Shown one piece after another: positions 40,697 through 58,585 of a stretch of 64,000 nucleotides of DNA; positions within the stretch are counted from its first letter, which is position 1; each line of letters begins with the position of its first letter. The stretch lies in NCBI RefSeq assembly GCF_009914755.1, contig NC_060929.1; one strand, given 5' to 3'. Made by a program: the position numbers and the translations under genes. The DNA comes from the human T2T-CHM13v2.0 reference genome, Homo sapiens. The notes below the pieces were generated by a model. It did not search any database. It saw only the letters and a list, made by a program, of their open reading frames with translations, and was not told where the DNA came from.

Positions 40697-41712
40697 ATGG
40701 GGAAAAAACAGAGCAGAAAAACTGGAAACTCTAAAAATCAGAGCGCCTCTCCTCATCCAAAGGAACGCAGCTCCTCACCAGCAGCAGAACAAAGCTGGAT
40801 GGAGAATGACTTTGACGAATTGAGAGAAGAAGGCTTCAGAAGATCAAACTACTCCGAGCTAAAGGAGGAAGTTCGAACCAATGGCAAAGAAGTTAAAACT
40901 TTGAAAAAAAATCAGACGAATGGATAACTAGAATAACCAATGCAGAGAAGTCCTTAAAGGACCTGATGGAGCTGAAAACCACGGCATGAGAACTATGTGA
41001 CAAATGCGCAAGCCTCAGTAACTGATGTGATCAACTGGAAGAAAGGGTATCAGCGATGGAAGACAAAATGAATGAAATGAAGCATGAAGAGAAGTTTAGA
41101 GAAAAAAGAATAAAAAGAAATGAACAAAGCCTCCAAGAAATATGGGACTATGTGAAAAGACCAAGTCTACATCTAATTGGTGTACCTGAAAGTGACGGGG
41201 AGAATGGAACCAAGTTGGAAAACACTCTGCAGGATATTATCCAGGAGAACTTCCCCCATCTAGCAAGGCAGGCCAACATTCAAATTCAGGAAATAAAGAG
41301 AATGCCACAAAGATACTCCTTGAGAAGAGCAACTCCAAGAAACATAATTGTCAGATTCACCAAAGTTGAAATGAAGGAAAAAATGTTAAGGGCAGCCAGA
41401 GAGAAAGGTTGAGTTACCCACAAAGGAAAGCCCATCAGACTAACAGCTGATCTCTCAGCAGAAACTCTGCAAGCCAGAAGAGAATGGGGGCCAATATTCA
41501 ACATTCTGAAAGAAAAGAATTTTCAACCCAGAATTTCATATCCAGCCAAACTAAACTTCATAAGTGAAGGAGAAATAAAATCCTTTACAGAGAAGCAAAT
41601 GCTGAGAGATTTAGTCACCACCAGGCCTGCCCTACAAGAGCTCCTGAAAGAAGCACTAAACATGGAAAGGAACAACTGGTACCAGCCACTGCAAAAACAT
41701 GCCAAATTGTAA
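40697..41712 (+). pseudogene. L1 ORF1p, disrupted
   Basis: MGKKQSRKTGNSKNQSASP... start. Frameshift near the A-run at ~40900, internal TGA stops, TAA at 41710-41712. Confidence 0.9.
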
Positions 41713-41760
41713 AGACCATCAAGGCTAGGAAGAAACTGCATCAACTAACGAGCAAAATAA

Positions 41761-45595
<3,835 letters not shown>

Positions 45596-46669
45596 ACAAT
45601 GAGAACACATGGACACAGGAAGGGGAACATCACACACCGGGGCCTGTTGTGGGGTGGGGGGAGTGGGGAGGGATAGCCTTAGGAGATATACCTAATGCTA
45701 AATGACGAGTTAATGGGTGCAGCACACCAACTTGGCACATGTATACATATGTAACAAACCTGCACGTTGTGCACATGTACCCTAAAACTTAAAGTATAAT
45801 AATAATAATAATAAAGAAAAACAAGTATTATGTTGCTTTTATTAAAAATAATCTGGGGGAAAATGTATAAGGGCGGCTACCTGTGGATCTGGTGAGAGGT
45901 TTAGCATCTCTGATATTATCTGTGGACTGGACAAGAACATTGTGCTCTGCCAGTTCATTGGTCCTTCCCTATCTTGGGAATTCTGGCTGCCTGCTAGGCA
46001 GGGTGAGCTTGGCTTAGCCCCAATAGTCCCCAGTGCCCCCAGTAGTCCCCAGTGCCCCAGTCCCCTCCCCGTCCACTGTGGCCCAGGCCTCCTCCAGGCT
46101 GCTAGAACTTGTCTGCCTCAGCTTACCACCACGTCCTCTAGGCTTCTCAATGGCCTCCAGTTCCCTCCCTCATCTAAATCAAATCTCTGTTAGGGTAATC
46201 TAGGGAATGCCCCTAATCTCTGCAATCTCTGTAGGAGAATCTGAGTAGTTTATCCTATGGTTGATAGGCCATACTCAGCCATAGAAGCATGTAGGCTGAA
46301 TTTGTGTCCTAAATTGCAAAGCCTTATTTTCTACCTCCAAAATGACGGATATACATATTCCTTCTTTGAACTCAGCCATTGCCTTTAGGCCCTCATCACT
46401 TCCTACTGGACGCCTCTAACGGTATTTTAGCTAGTTCCCTTTCCTGTATACGCCATCAAACCTTACCACTAGAACTGTATTACTGAAGTGAAGCTACTTA
46501 CAGTCCTAACATATCATTAACTTGGCCACAAATGTGTAGAAAGTTCTATATCACACAAGAATCATACAAGTTGACATGGAAAGTGGTAAGGCTCCGGTAT
46601 GGAAATGCTAAGGATATTTGTGGTGTGGTGTGGTATGGTGTGGTGTGGTGGACAGCTGGGGGTGGGTCA

Positions 46670-47320
46670 GGATTCACACAGAAAAATACTCATCTGCTTA
46701 GTAACCAGAGGAATGCATTTTAAAATATGCAAAAATAGTATTTTACATCTATTAAGTTAGGGAGGAATAATACTAATAATCTTAATAATACTCAGTGCTT
46801 GCAAAGTGCAGATGAAACCAGGTCATTCTTATACCACTGGTGGCACTGAAAAATAATATAGTCCTTTGGGAAAATAATTTTGCAATATATTTCAAGAACC
46901 ATAGCAAATATTTATGCCCTTTGACTCAGTAGCCCCACTCTCAGAAATTCAACTTCAGGAAATAACAGAAAAGAAGGAAAGAAAACTTTATGCAGATAAA
47001 AGTAAATAGAAATACATTTTAAAATGAATGCTCAACAGTTGAGAAAATGTTAACAATGGTACTTCAATCTCATGCTAGCATCAACAAAATAATTATAGGA
47101 AACATAGATAAATTTTTACATTCTACTGCCAGGTGGATCAAATCACAAAATTATTTACCCTATAGCTGTATGTACGTAAATACATGTCTGCAAATGGGAA
47201 AAAAATGGAAACCTGTAAACAAAAATAATTGATATATGGGGCACATGATTGTACACTGTCATTTTTCTTTTAAATAGCTTCCTTATTTTTATAATGTTTT
47301 TTCAGTAAATAAAATCAGTG
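46670..47320 (+). mobile_element. Ancient L1ME-like 3' fragment
   Basis: ctttgggaaaataattttgcaatatatttcaagaacc...tatgccctttgactcagtagccccactctcagaaatt. Confidence 0.55.
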
Positions 47321-48469
47321 AAATCAGAAATACAAACTGCAGACAACCTGGAGGCCGTGTTCCATATGGAATGGAGCTGAGCCCTTTGGCCATCTTCACA
47401 GCCCACATGCTGGCCTGGCCTCCCCAGCCAGGAGTCCTGCCCCTGCCTGGGGTTCCTGTTCTCCTACCTCAAATTGCCTCCTCTTCCCAAGCTCCTTTCT
47501 TCCCATAAATCCAATCCCAGGACACCTGCAAGTCCCTAAACGTGATCGCACCTTTATAGGTCCCCCACTGCTTCCTCTTTCTGGAATGTCTTTGTTCCCC
47601 CTTTGCTTTTGAGCTCTGATCCCCCTTTCATGGCCTGGCTCAGAAGCCATGAACCTCCTCCTGTTCCATGGTTTCCCACACCATTTTCACCTGAATTAGT
47701 CTTTCCTTACTTGTTTGATAAAGGGTTGGATTCAGATCTCTGTAACCTGTTAGGATGAAAGTTCCTGACAAACAGGGGCTGGGTCTTATTTATTCTATAT
47801 TGTCCACAGATGTAGCTGATAATGGGTGTCACAGGATGATCCCCTCCTTCTTCAAGCTTGGATCTGCCTAGCAACACCTATCAGAAGAAGAGTAAGCATA
47901 GCAGTCAGGCAATGAGGCATCTGATGGGTTTAGTAGGGAATAATAAGCATAAAAAAATGAATTCATTTGTGATAAGTATACTTACTGCACAAATATACAT
48001 ATATATTAAGTATGTAATAGCTATAAAAATATTAATTTGTAATACTTATACTTCTGTAATAAGTATACTCATTACCCAAATATATTATTATAATTATACT
48101 AATCTTTTTCTAAACATTAATTTGTAATTTATTCAGATGCAATTTGGAGACCAAATTATTAATAATTTTATTAATTAAACTATATTTTGTATGTAAATGA
48201 CTTCTTTTTAGTTGTTGTTTTTAAGTAAATTAAGGTCATAAGTCATGTTCTGAGTTTCCACGGACTCAGTGACAATAGTCATAGGACCTCAAGCATGAGA
48301 CAAATGACATCTAATCCACTATCACATCATGGACTGCTTTCCTATTCATCTCATTTTGATCCTCAAGAGAGCTCTGTGAGTTTCCTCAACAGCATTTAGG
48401 AATGCATCTCATCTTGAATTTGGAATTTTGTTGTATTTCCAGAAACAAAACTGGAAGAAGACTTAGGTG

Positions 48470-48960
48470 CTACACATTCATTTATTTATTCCATTTTTCA
48501 CTTATTCAGAAAATATTTTTGAGAATCTTCTACTTGCCTGGGTATGCTCTATGCTGGGGATACAGTGGTGAGTTGCTGCTACAGAATTAAGGGAAACAGA
48601 CAATAAACAAGTAAACAAAAGAAACAAATGATATTCACTGGGATAGACAGTGGCTGATGAGGGAGGGAGCAATGTGGTGACCACATTCAGATCGGGTGGT
48701 CAGGAGGTCCCTCTGAGAAGCAGTCTATGGATCTGAGACTCAAACACTGAGGATCCAGCCAGCAGAGACCTGAGGGAAAGGGATCAGTAACTTCCCTGGG
48801 CGGGAACTAGCATGGAGTGCTGAAGGAACAGAGGCAGGCAGGGCAGCTGGAGATCAGTGAGCAGGAGGGAGTTTGGTGTGAGGTGAGTTAGACAGGGAGG
48901 CAAGGGCCAGGTCATGCAGCACTTTGTAGGCCATTGTTAATAGTTGGATTTTAAGTGCTT
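48470..48960 (-). mobile_element. L2a 3' region; continues in pieces to ~49990
   Basis: ctatgctggggatacagtggtgag...gggtggtcaggaggtccctctgagaag...gccaggtcatgcagcactttgtaggccattgttaatagttggatttta. Confidence 0.75.
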
Positions 48961-49410
48961 TAGGGGGCAAAAAGATGCTAGTGTCCTGCCAAGATCATTA
49001 GAAAGAAGGTGCACCCACCTCCAGCTACTAGGGACTCACAGAAACACCCATCTCCAGAAATTCCCCAAAGCCAGAGGAAACCACTCTGCCCAGAAATGCC
49101 TAGGAGGTGATGCCCTCCCCTTGGGGCAGCCTGCCACTAATGAGTGGCTGGTGTAAGTGTACAAAAGGCCAACCCCCTTGCCTTAACATGGGACAACTCT
49201 GTGGTGCTACTCCTATTCCCAGGCTCCTCACCAAGTCAAGCTGAAGTTAGACTTTTCTGAAACCCTCTCTTAGCTTACCTTCTTCTGCCCCATCCTGCTT
49301 CTGCCCCTTCAATGCAGGTTTCTCCTGAGATTATGCTTTTGATGAATCACTTGCAAAAACAAATAAAAACAAAAAATGAAAAAACCCTTGTTTCAGGCTC
49401 TGCTTCTAGC
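48961..49410 (+). mobile_element. LTR16-like ERVL solo LTR inserted in L2
   Basis: ccccttgccttaacatgggacaactctgtggtg...caggtttctcctgag...gaatcacttgca...tttcaggctctgcttctag. Confidence 0.65.
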
Positions 49411-49529
49411 AGTGATGATTATTAGACTATGAGCTTCTTGAGGGCAGAGACTATGCCTGGCTTGTTCATGTTTGGGTGGAAGATTTAACTGTGGGCATGA
49501 CATGATCTGATTACTTAAAAAAAAAATCA

Positions 49530-49946
<417 letters not shown>

Positions 49947-51412
49947 CTATTCTAATCATCCAGGCAAGATATGACTGTGGCTTGGATTACATAAATTAAA
50001 ACATAAATTAAGCAAAAATTTTCAACTACAATTATACTTACAAAACTCCCCTTCCATCAAGAAAATTTGCAAGTGACCTTAGGCAGATGAATGTTAATAA
50101 AAGAGTAATGCATGTGGTACATATTGGGAGGAATATTTGAAAGATCAAATGCTCATTAAAACTCTAAATTCATATATGAGCATCGAATAATGAGATAGAA
50201 ATGTGTAGATGGTCTTTAGCTGAACTACCAGAGTTAGTCACAGATCCTTGGGGAAGATTGTAATTTCTAAGATCTGTTTGACTTTGGGATAAAAGTGACA
50301 ATTTGAAGATGGCGCTTGTTGTTCTTTCCACTTTGGGCTAGTAAATGCATCTGATTTGTATCTATTTCTTGTGGGGCATTGGGGGATTTATGTTCTGCCA
50401 TTGAATGCTCCTCAAATTCCTCTCTTCCTATTAACCCCCAAATCATGTAATAATCCTCAAGCTCTGACTATCTTAGCAAATGCAGTACAGTAAGAACATA
50501 ATGATTAGTATATAAGCTAAGTCTATGTGGCTTAGGAGACATGATAACCAAGAAGAAGAAAAATGCTTTAAAGGATTATCCTTTCATGCAACTACTTAGG
50601 TATTGAAACAGCTGAACAAAAGGTAGCAAAACAGGCAAAAAGCAATAGTTTTCTGTCCTGTCATGACAACTCTTACTTTGAGGATCTGAAATATCTTTTG
50701 CAAATTTACAGTACCATCTGCACATTAGGGAAAGTTATGTCAGGTGATTTACAGAATGCCTGAAGAAAGGCAAAGAGGAGCATCAGACATTTTGTCCTTT
50801 TCCACCCTCTAAAGTTGAGCTGGCAGGGTGTGGATATGGGGCAGCAACTCAGGCTCATGTGTGGTGGGAGTACTCCCGAGACCCATTGTGGAGCCCTTAG
50901 CAATCTGAGCTCCCCACAGGAGGCAAAGGCCCCACTGTTTCTCCCTGACTGTACAGGGCCACACTGGAAGCTACTCGCCTCTCTGCTTCATCTCTAATAC
51001 AACCAGGCTTATGGTGGTAATTTTAGAGATGGACTACCACCATAAGTGGATGACTGATGCTTTCAACACCAGTGGATTCTAACAGTGTTTGGCAACTACC
51101 GGGCAACTACCAGGCCAGAACTGGCATTGGGGCTTTCCTGGATAGCTCTTTTCCAGAGTGACAAACCCCAAAGGGACACGGGTCAGCAATGAAGGACATG
51201 GAGATGATAGCCCTAAACTCTAGGGCCAGCCTGGAACATCATCTGGATTGTTTACATAGGCTTTTAATCCCAAGGGGCAGTTACAGGTACTTAGAGAAGC
51301 ATTAAAGCCTCCAGCTTCCCACTGAACACACCATCTATCTATTCACTCCATATGGAGGCTGCACATTGCATGCAGGGCATGTACTGTTCTCAGCCTTCAG
51401 AGATCTAGATGA

Positions 51413-52345
<933 letters not shown>

Positions 52346-52347
52346 TT

Positions 52348-52365
52348 TGGTGCCGTGACTCGGAT
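52348..52365 (+). other. Primer-binding site for tRNA-His
   Basis: TGGTGCCGTGACTCGGAT is complementary to the 3' 18 nt of tRNA-His(GUG) including CCA, and lies 2 nt after the LTR. Confidence 0.92.
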
Positions 52366-55300
52366 CGGGGGACCTCCCTTGGGAGATCAATCCCCCGTCT
52401 TCCTGCTCTTTGCTCCATGAGAAAGATCCACCTACGACCTCAGGTCCTCACACCGACCAGCCCAAGAAACATCTCACCAATTTCAAATCCAGTAAGCGGC
52501 CTCTTTTTACTCTTCTCCAACCTCCCTCACTATCCCTCAACCTCTTTCTCCTTTCAGTCTTGGTACCACACTTCAATCTCACCCTTCTCTTAATTTCAAT
52601 TCCTTTCATTTTCTGGTAGAGACAAAGGAGACATGTTTTATCTGTGGACCCAAAACTCCTGCACCAGTCACGGACTGGGAAGGCAGCCTTCCCTTGGTGT
52701 TTAATCATTGCAGGGACACCTCTCTGATTATTCACCATTTCAAAGGTGTCAGACCACGCAGGGACGCCTGCCTTGGTCCTTCACCCTTAGCGGCAAGTCC
52801 CACTTTTCTGGGGGAGGGGAAAGTACCCCTCAATCCCTTCTTCACCCTTAGGGGCAAGTCCCGCTTTTCTGGGGGAGGGGCAAGTATCCCTCAACCCCTT
52901 CTTCACCCTTAGCGGCAAGTCCCGCTTTTCTAGGGGACAAGAACCCCCAATCCCTTATTTCCATGCCCCGACCCCTTTCCCACTTTTCTGGAGGGTAAGA
53001 ACCCCTGAACCCCTTCCCTCCATGTCTCTATGCTCTCTTTTCTCTGGGCTTGCCTCCTTCACTATGGGCAACCTTGCACCCTCCATTCCTCCTTCTTCTC
53101 CCTTAGCCTGTGTTCTTAAGAACTTAAAACCTCTTCAACTCTCACCTGACCTAAAATCTAAGCATCTTATTTTCTTCTGCAATGCTGCTTGACACCAAAA
53201 CAAACTCGACAGTAGTTCCAAATAGCTGGAAAATGGCACTTTCAATGTTTCCATCCTACAAGAACTAAATAATTCTTTTCGTAAAATGGGCAAATGGTCT
53301 GAGGTGCCTGACGTCCAGGCATTCTTTTACACATCAGTCCCTTCCTAGTCTCTGTGCCCAATGAAACTCATCCCAAATCTTCCTTCTTTCCCTCCCACAT
53401 GTCCCCTCAGTCCCAACCCCAAGCGTCACTGAGTCTTTCTAATCTTCCCTTTCTACAGACCTATCTGACCTCTCCCCTCCTGGCCAGGCCGAGCTAGGTC
53501 CTAATTCTTCCTCAGCCTCCGCTCCTCCACCCTATAATCCTTTTATCACCTCCCCTCCTCACACCCGGTCTGGCTTACAGTTTCATTCCGTGACTAGCCC
53601 TCCCCCACCTGCCCAGCAATTTACTCGAAAAGGTGGCTGGAGCTAAAGGCATAGTCAAGGTTAATGCTCCTTTTTCTTTATCCCAAATCAGATAGCTTCT
53701 AGGCTCTTTTTCATCAAATATAAAAATCCAGCCCAGTTCATGGCTCATTTGGCAGCAACCCTGAGACACTTTACAGCCCTAGACCCTAAAAGGTCAAAAG
53801 GCCGTCTTATTCTCAAAATACATTTTATTACCCAATCTGCTCCTGACATTAAATAAAACTCCAAAAATTAAATTCCGGCCCTCAAACCCCACAACAGGAC
53901 TTAGTTAACCTCACCTTCAAGGTGTACAATAATAGAGTAGAGGCAGCCAAGTAGCAATGTATTTCTGAGTTGCAATTCCTTGCCTCCACTGTGAGACAAA
54001 CCCCAGCCACAACTTCAGCACACAAAAAATTCCAAATGCCTGAACTGCAGTGGCCAGGCATTCCTCCAGAACCTCCTCCCCCAGGAGCTTGCTACAAGTG
54101 CCAAAAATCTGGCCACCGAGCCAAGGAATGCCCACAGCCCGGGATTCCTCCTAAGCCGTGTCCCATCTGTGTGGGACCCCACTGAAAATCAGACTGTTCA
54201 ACTCACCTGGTAGCCACTTCCAGAGCCCCTGGAACTCTGGCCCAAGGCTCTCTGACTCCTTCCCAGATCTTCTCGGCTTAGCGGCTGAAGACTGACACTG
54301 CCAGATCGCCTCGGAAGCCCCCTAGACCATCACGGATGCCGAGCTTCGGGTAACTCTCACAGTGGAGGGTAAGTCCGTCCCCTTCTTAGTCAATACGGAG
54401 GCTACCCATGCCACGTTACCTTCTTTTCAAGAGCCTGTTTCCCTTGCCTCCATAACTGCTGTGGGTATTGACGTCCAGGCTCCTAAACCTCTTAAAACTC
54501 CCCAACTCTGGTGCCAACTTAGACAATACTCTTTTAAGCTCTCCTTTTTAGTTATCCCCACCTGCCCAGTTCCCTTATTAGGCTGAGACACTTTAACTAA
54601 ATTATCTGCTTCCCTGACTATTCCTGGACTACAGCTGCATCTCACTGCCGCTCTTCTTCCCAATCCAAAGCCTCCTTTGTGTCCTCCTCTTGTATCCCCT
54701 CACCTTAGCCCACAAGTATAAGATACCTCTACTCCCTCCTTGGGGACCGATCATGCACCCCTTACCATCTCATTAAAACCTAATCACCCTTACCCCGCTC
54801 AATGCCAAGATCCCATCCCACAGCACTCTTTAAAAGGATTAAAGCCTGTTATCACTCGCCTGCTACAGCATGACCTTCTAAAGCCTATAAACTCTCCTTA
54901 CCATTCCCCATTTTACCTGTCCTAAAACGAGATAAGGCTTACAAGTTAGTTCAGAATCTGCGCCTTATCAACCAAATTGTTTTGCCTATCCACCCCATGG
55001 TGCCAAACCCATATACTCTGCTATCCTCAATACCTCCCTCTACTACCCATTATTCTGTTCTGGATCTCAAACATGCTTTCTTTACTATTCCTTTGCACCC
55101 TTCATCCCAGCCTCTCTTTGCTTTCACTTAGACTGACCCTGACACCCATTAGGCTCAGCAAATTACCTGGGCTATACTGCTGCAAGGCTTCACAGACAGC
55201 CCCCATTACTTCAGTCAAGCCCAAATTTCATCCTCATCTGTTACCTATCTCGGCATAATTCTCATAAAAACACACGTGCTCTCCCTGCTAATCATGTCCA

Positions 55301-57071
55301 ATTAACCTTCCAAACCTCAATCCCTTACAAAACAACAACTCCTTTCCTTCCTAGGCATGGTTAGTGTAGTCAGAATTCTTACACAAGAGCCAGGACCGTA
55401 CCCTGTAGCCTTTCTGTCCAAACAACTTGACCTTACTGTTTTAGCCTAGCCCTCATGTCTGCGTACAGCAGCTGCCGCTGCTTTAATACTTTTAGAGGCC
55501 CTAAAAATCACAAACTATGCTCAACTCACTCTCTACATTTCTCATAACTTCCAAAATCTATTTTCTTCCTCATACCTGACGCATATACTTTCTGCTCCCC
55601 GGCTCCTTCAGCTGTACTCACTCTTTGTTAAGTCCCACAATTACCATTGTTCTTGGCCCGGACTTCAATCTGGCTTCCCATATTATTCCTGATACCACAC
55701 CTGACCCCCATGACTGTATCTCTCTGATCCACCTGATATTCACCCCATTTCCCCATATTTCCTTCTTTCCTGTTCCTCACCCTGATCACGCTTGATTTAT
55801 TGATGGCAGTTCCACCAGGCCTAATCGCCACACACCAGCAAAGGCAGGCTATGCTATAGTACAAGCCACTAGCCCACCTCTCAGAACCTCTCATTTCCTT
55901 TCCATTGTGGAAATCTATCCTCAAGGAAATAACTTCTCAGTGTTCCATCTGCTATTCTACTACTCCTCAGGGATTATTCAGGCCCCCTCCCTTCCCTACA
56001 CATCAAGCTCGAGGATTTTCCCCCACCCAGGACTGGCAAATTAGCTTTACTCAACATGCCCCAACTCAGCAAACTAAAATACCTCTTAGTCTAAATAGCC
56101 ACTTTCACTGAATAAGTAAAGGCCTTTCCTACAGGGTCTGAGAAGGCCACGGCAGTCATTTCTTCCCTTCTGTCAGACATAATTCCTCAGTTTAGCCTTC
56201 CCACCTCTATACAGTCTGATAACAGACCAGCCTTTATTAGTCAAATCAGCCAAGCAGTTTTTCAGGCTCTTAGTATTCCGTGAAACCTTTATATCCCTTA
56301 CAGTCCTCCATCTTCAAGAAATGTAGAACAGACTAAAGGTCTTTTAAAAACACACCTCACCAAGCACAGCCACCAACTTAAAAAGGACTGGACAATACTT
56401 TTACCACTTTCCCTTCTCAGAAGTCAGACCTGTCCTTGGAATGCTACAAGGTACAGCCCGTTTGAGCTCCTTTTTATTAGGCCCCAGTCTCATTCCAGAC
56501 ACTGGACCAACTTAGACTGTGCCCCAAAAAAACTTGTCATCCCTACTATTTTCTGTCTAGTCATACTCCTATTCTCCATTCTCAACTACTTATACATGCC
56601 CTGCTCTTGTTTACACTGCCGGTTTACACTGTTTCTCCAAGCCATCACAGCTGATATCTCCTGGTGCTATCCCCAACCTGCCACTCTTAACTCTTGAAGT
56701 AAATAAATAATCTTTGCTGGCAGGACTATGCTGAATCTCCTTAGGCACTCTCTAATCATATGTCCTAGGTCCTCCTAATTCTTAGACCTTTTCCATTTAG
56801 TTTTTCAATTCATACAAAACCATATCCAGGCCATCACCAATAATTCTTCACGACAAATTTTTCTTCTAACAACCCCACAATATCACCCTTTACCACAAAA
56901 TCTTCATTCAGCTTAATCTCTCCCACTTTAGTTGCCCATGCCACCTAATCCCGCTTGAAGCAGCCCTGAGAAACATCGCCCATTCTCTCTCCATACCACC
57001 CCCCAAAAATTTTTGCCACCCCAAGACTTCAACACTATTTTATTTTTCTTATTAATATAAGAAAGCAGGAA

Positions 57072-57533
57072 TGTCAGGCCTCTGAACCCAAGCCAAGCCA
57101 TCGCATCCCCTGTGACTTGCACATATACATCCAGATGGCCTGAAGTAACTGAAGATCCACAAAAGAGGTAAAAATAATATTAACTGATGACATTCCACCA
57201 TTGTGATTTGTTTCTGCCCCACCCTAACTGATCAATGTACTTTGTAATCTCCCCCACCCTTAAGAGGGTGCTTTGTAATCTCCCCCACCCTTAAGAAGTT
57301 TCTTTGTAATTCTCCCCACCCTTGAGAATGTACTTTGTGAGATCCACCCCTGCCCGCAAAACATTGTTCTTAACTTCACCGCCTATCCCAAAACCTATAA
57401 GAACTAATGATAATCCACCACCCTTCGCTGACTCTCTTTTCGGATTCAGCCTGCCTGCACCCAGGTGAAATAAACAGCCATGTTGCTCACACAAAGCCTG
57501 TTTGGTGGTCTCTTCACACGGACATGCATGAAA
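57072..57533 (+). promoter_or_regulatory. 3' LTR7
   Basis: Colinear with the 5' LTR; 17 substitutions and no indels in 462 bp by manual comparison. Confidence 0.92.
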
Positions 57534-57917
57534 ATAGTTGTATGTATTTATGGGGTACAATGGATGTTTTGATATATGTATACAATATGTTATGATTAAA
57601 TCAAATTAATTAACATATTTATCACCTTGCTTACCTATCATTTCTATGGTGAGACATGAAAATTTACTTTCTTACTTATTTTGAAATATATAATACATTT
57701 TTATTTATTATAGTTACCATGTTGTGCAATAAATCTCAAAATCTATTCCTTCTGTCTCTCTGAAACTTTGTACTCTTTGATTGACAACTCCCCATTCCCT
57801 CCCTCCCCACCTCCTCAGCCCCTGGTAACTGTGATTCTACTCTCTACTTCCATGAGTTCAACTTTACTAGATTCCATAGATAAGTGAGATCATGTGGTAT
57901 TTGTCTTTCTGAGGCTG
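57534..57917 (-). mobile_element. L1MA-type 3' end; its poly-A and terminal bases lie left of the provirus at ~51845-51883
   Basis: atagttgtatgtatttatggggtacaa...gattaaatcaaattaattaacatatttatcacc...ttagattccatagataagtgagatcatgtggtatttgtctttctg. Confidence 0.8.
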
Positions 57918-58094
57918 AGGCACTGGTGCTTTTTTTGGTTTGTTTTATGCAAAGCACCCAAGTGGCTTCATTAATCAGTTAAGTTTTGGAACCCCTGGTC
58001 TAGAGCAATACAACACATCCTTGGATAACTATAATCCTTGCATTCAGGGGCTGACAGTTAAGAGGTTATAGCCTGGATCCTGAAAACAGCCAAG

Positions 58095-58312
58095 GGGTTC
58101 TCAACAGGGAATTATTTCTCCCCCTCCCCCTTCCTCCAAGGACATTAGAGACAGTGTCTGGAGACGTTTTTGGTTAACGCAAGCTGGGGGTAGGGTGCTA
58201 CTGGATAGAGTCCAGGTATGCTGCTAAACAGCCTATAATGCACGGGGGAGTCCTCACAGCAAGGAACTCTCTGGCCCAAAGTGTTAAGGTGTCGGGCTTG
58301 AGAAATGTTGAC
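58095..58312 (+). mobile_element. MER20 hAT MITE
   Basis: ggttctcaacaggg...gtgtctggagacgtttttggtt...gggtgctactgg...atgctgctaaacagcctataatgcac...ctggcccaaagtgt...ttgagaaa. Confidence 0.82.
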
Positions 58313-58369
58313 TTAGCCTTAAGTGTAATTCTGCTTAGAAATCAGTATGGCAAACAGTTTCCATTGGCT

Positions 58370-58585
58370 ACTTTGTTATGCACCTACCATGTTCTAGGTA
58401 CATTGCATGTGTTCTAAACATTAACTATTATTTATTAGACACTGTAATTTGTTTGTATTTTATGGATGAGAAAATCAAGGCCCAGAAGACAAATAACTTG
58501 TCTAAACCAGATGACTAGCAAGTGAAGAACTTGGGACTTGAACACGCACAGTCGGGCTCCTGGACACGACACTATACTGCTGCCC
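58370..58585 (-). mobile_element. MIR SINE
   Basis: attttatggatgagaaaatcaaggcccagaag...taacttgtctaa...gggacttgaacacg. Confidence 0.65.

Noticed and set aside
47950-48200. Very AT-rich stretch with an 89-aa ORF
   Set aside because: Low-complexity sequence with no coding or structural evidence.
52348-52365. tRNA-His-like sequence
   Set aside because: An 18-nt retroviral primer-binding site, not a tRNA gene.
53200-57060. Possible coding-competent HERV-H gag/pro/pol/env
   Set aside because: Only short fragments, a protease active site reading NTE, large pol/env deletions and many stops.
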